In this document: positions 62,092 to 64,000 of the stretch, piece after piece | How positions within the stretch are numbered: the stretch's first letter is position 1 | Layout: the number at the start of each line of letters is the position of its first letter | DNA from: Atractiella rhizophila | Taxonomy: Eukaryota | Length of the DNA stretch: 64,000 nucleotides | NCBI GenBank assembly: GCA_021432655.1 | Contig: MU271201.1 | Location: 1-64,000 of the forward strand | Direction: 5' to 3' | The notes under the pieces: generated by a model | The model's database searches: none | What the model was told of the DNA's origin: nothing | What the model saw: the letters and a program-made list of their open reading frames with translations, nothing else | Translations under genes and position numbers: made by a program

Positions 62092-64000
62092 TCAATCGAC
62101 TTCCTCCTCAAATGCACGTGGATCTTCCTCCAAGTGAGCTTGTTCCGCACTTTCAACACCTTTAACAGCCTCTCCTTCATTTCCACGGCGCTCCTTCAGA
62201 GTGGGCTCAGGCTGAGCAGGCAGCGCGTGATCCTCATCGTCTTCATCTGCATCATCATCCTCCTTACTAGATCCTTCTCGAAGCGTTTCCTCAACGGGCG
62301 GATGCTGCACCTCTTCCTGTGGTGGCAATCGTACATTCTCGCTCTTGGGATGCTCTGGTTCAGCTTCGAAGACGTTGCGGATCGGCTCGACGTTCGGTTG
62401 GACTGTAGGCTCTGCCTCTTCCTCCTGCTCACCTAACGGATCCTTGAGGTTGGTGATCGTCTTCGGCGTCGGGGAGGCTGCTTTGACGATCGCATAATCT
62501 GCGTACTATGGTCTCTGTTAGCAAATACCTTATAGACAGAGAAAGTGTTTCACGTTGGCAGGAAAGTCTCCGCTATGGCATGCTCGTTAGAGGTATCCAA
62601 AGGTCAGCGAGCGGAGACTCACCAGGAGAAATCCCAGGTCTTCACCCAGCGCGCACTTTCGCACTTCTTCTTCGTCCACTGTCCGGCATATGCAAGCGCT
62701 GAGTAGTGTTGCCAGTTCCACAACATGATGATGATAAGTACAGCTGCGATTTGGAGCCGAAGCTTCGGTTTGAGATAGGTAGTGACGGCATCGAAGAGGA
62801 CTGCGAAGGTAAGAATGGCGAACCACAAAGCGGGAAGGTAGTGGTGCAAAAAGAGCTGGCGCTGCATGATGAAGAATGGGAAGTAATGCAGGCCCCAGCC
62901 GAGGACTGTGAAAGTACAGATCTTGTCGTAGAACGCAACGACGGAATTGTTGAGGTCTTGGTATCCTCGCTTTGCTCGCAGAACGACGAGGGCACGGAAA
63001 CCGATGTAAGCAAAAATTGCCAGTGTCGACGTCCACCATGTAAATGGGTTTCCAATGAGGTAGATCTGACGGTGCTCCTTAACCCAACTATCCGCCTCTT
63101 TAGCATTCCACATAGCAGGGACAAAGGGAAACTTGCAAATTGATCCCTCTCCTCAAAACCGGCCAGGATTGTGGACGCGAATCGTACACATGTCGATCCG
63201 TAAGTCCAGCATTGGTTTTCCACATGACCTTTTGAAGCTCCCAAAACTTCGCGAAGAATCCAAGACGCTGATAATTCACCTTATCCGACTTCTGTGGCAC
63301 TGTCGCGGTATAGACGCGATCAATATTCGGAAGGAGGAAGAACAAACAGACTCACTGTTGACATGTGTGTTAGTCTCAACATACCAGATCGAATTCGCAA
63401 GCGTGGGGTTCTTGTTGCAAGTCACCTCTTGCTGCTCGTAAGCCCAATCGGGTAGTTTGACTTTATGAGAGAACAAGTAGCAGCCTGTGAGAACATGACG
63501 AAGCCTGAACCTGGTCCTCAGCGTCCGCAAGTGTTTCATCGCTTTACTGTCGCCCGTCATCGAGGTGTACTGCTCATTAAACTCGATCGCCCAATTATCA
63601 TTCGCGTCTCCCGAGAACCCTTCAAACCCATAACCCGAAACCTCATTCTGATAATCTGTTTCAGTGACTGGAGGTCGGATATCATGAGAGTGCAGCCGTT
63701 TCTTCGTGGTGATATGTTCGAAGCGAAGAATTTGGTTGTTCTTGATTAGGACGGGTGGCTCAGCGTTCACAGCATCGTACTCTTCTTCAGCAGTGGTGTT
63801 GAACACATGCCAATCATTGTTTTCGTCCCGATGAGGATACAAGGTGATTTGTTGCTCTAAGCATCCGCCAGCGGTGAGAAATGGCGCTTGTTACTCAGAA
63901 GAACATAGTTACGGTTACTGCCGCCAGGATAGGCATGATTGTGAGAATGAAGGTAGCCACCTTGCGTGTTCAAATGCTTGATCGTGATCCTGGATCCAAG
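62092..64000 (-). CDS. PMT1: Dolichyl-phosphate-mannose-protein mannosyltransferase, PMT1 subfamily (5' part outside window)
   Basis: MIR-domain motifs GGYLHSH, QQITLYPHRDENNDW and RLHSHD, plus IYLIGNP and RQLFLHHYLP. Confidence 0.9.

Larger units (their letters stand above)
58270..62955 (+). repeat. ~4.7-kb direct repeat, copy 2 (includes 5' fragment of beta-fg at 58270-58386)
   Basis: Begins at the first base after the gap and is colinear with 53545-58244. Confidence 0.95.

Overview
Gene-dense, intron-rich fungal nuclear DNA. It is basidiomycete-like, and the ~50-nt introns with frequent GTGCGT/GTTCGT/GTCCGT donors suggest Pucciniomycotina (inference). Conserved genes: HRK1-like kinase, NTE1, an SDR, a LEA-like protein, an NNT1/EFM7-like methyltransferase, ALO1, TFIIF alpha, a Cap64/Cas3-like esterase-fold protein, FAM192A/NIP30, an ABCC transporter, beta-flanking protein, RPA43 and PMT1. 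Between them lie six distinct loci of F-box/LRR-like genes with single-exon coding regions, one apparently pseudogenised and three sharing an unnamed C-terminal motif. A zinc-ribbon protein with a shortened, apparently non-catalytic NADAR domain is also present. A ~4.7-kb direct repeat on either side of a 25-N gap (53545-62955) is most likely two haplotypes assembled in tandem. Several indel frameshifts look like sequencing errors. No tRNA, rRNA, transposase or CRISPR was recognised. All calls are by eye and no database searches were run.
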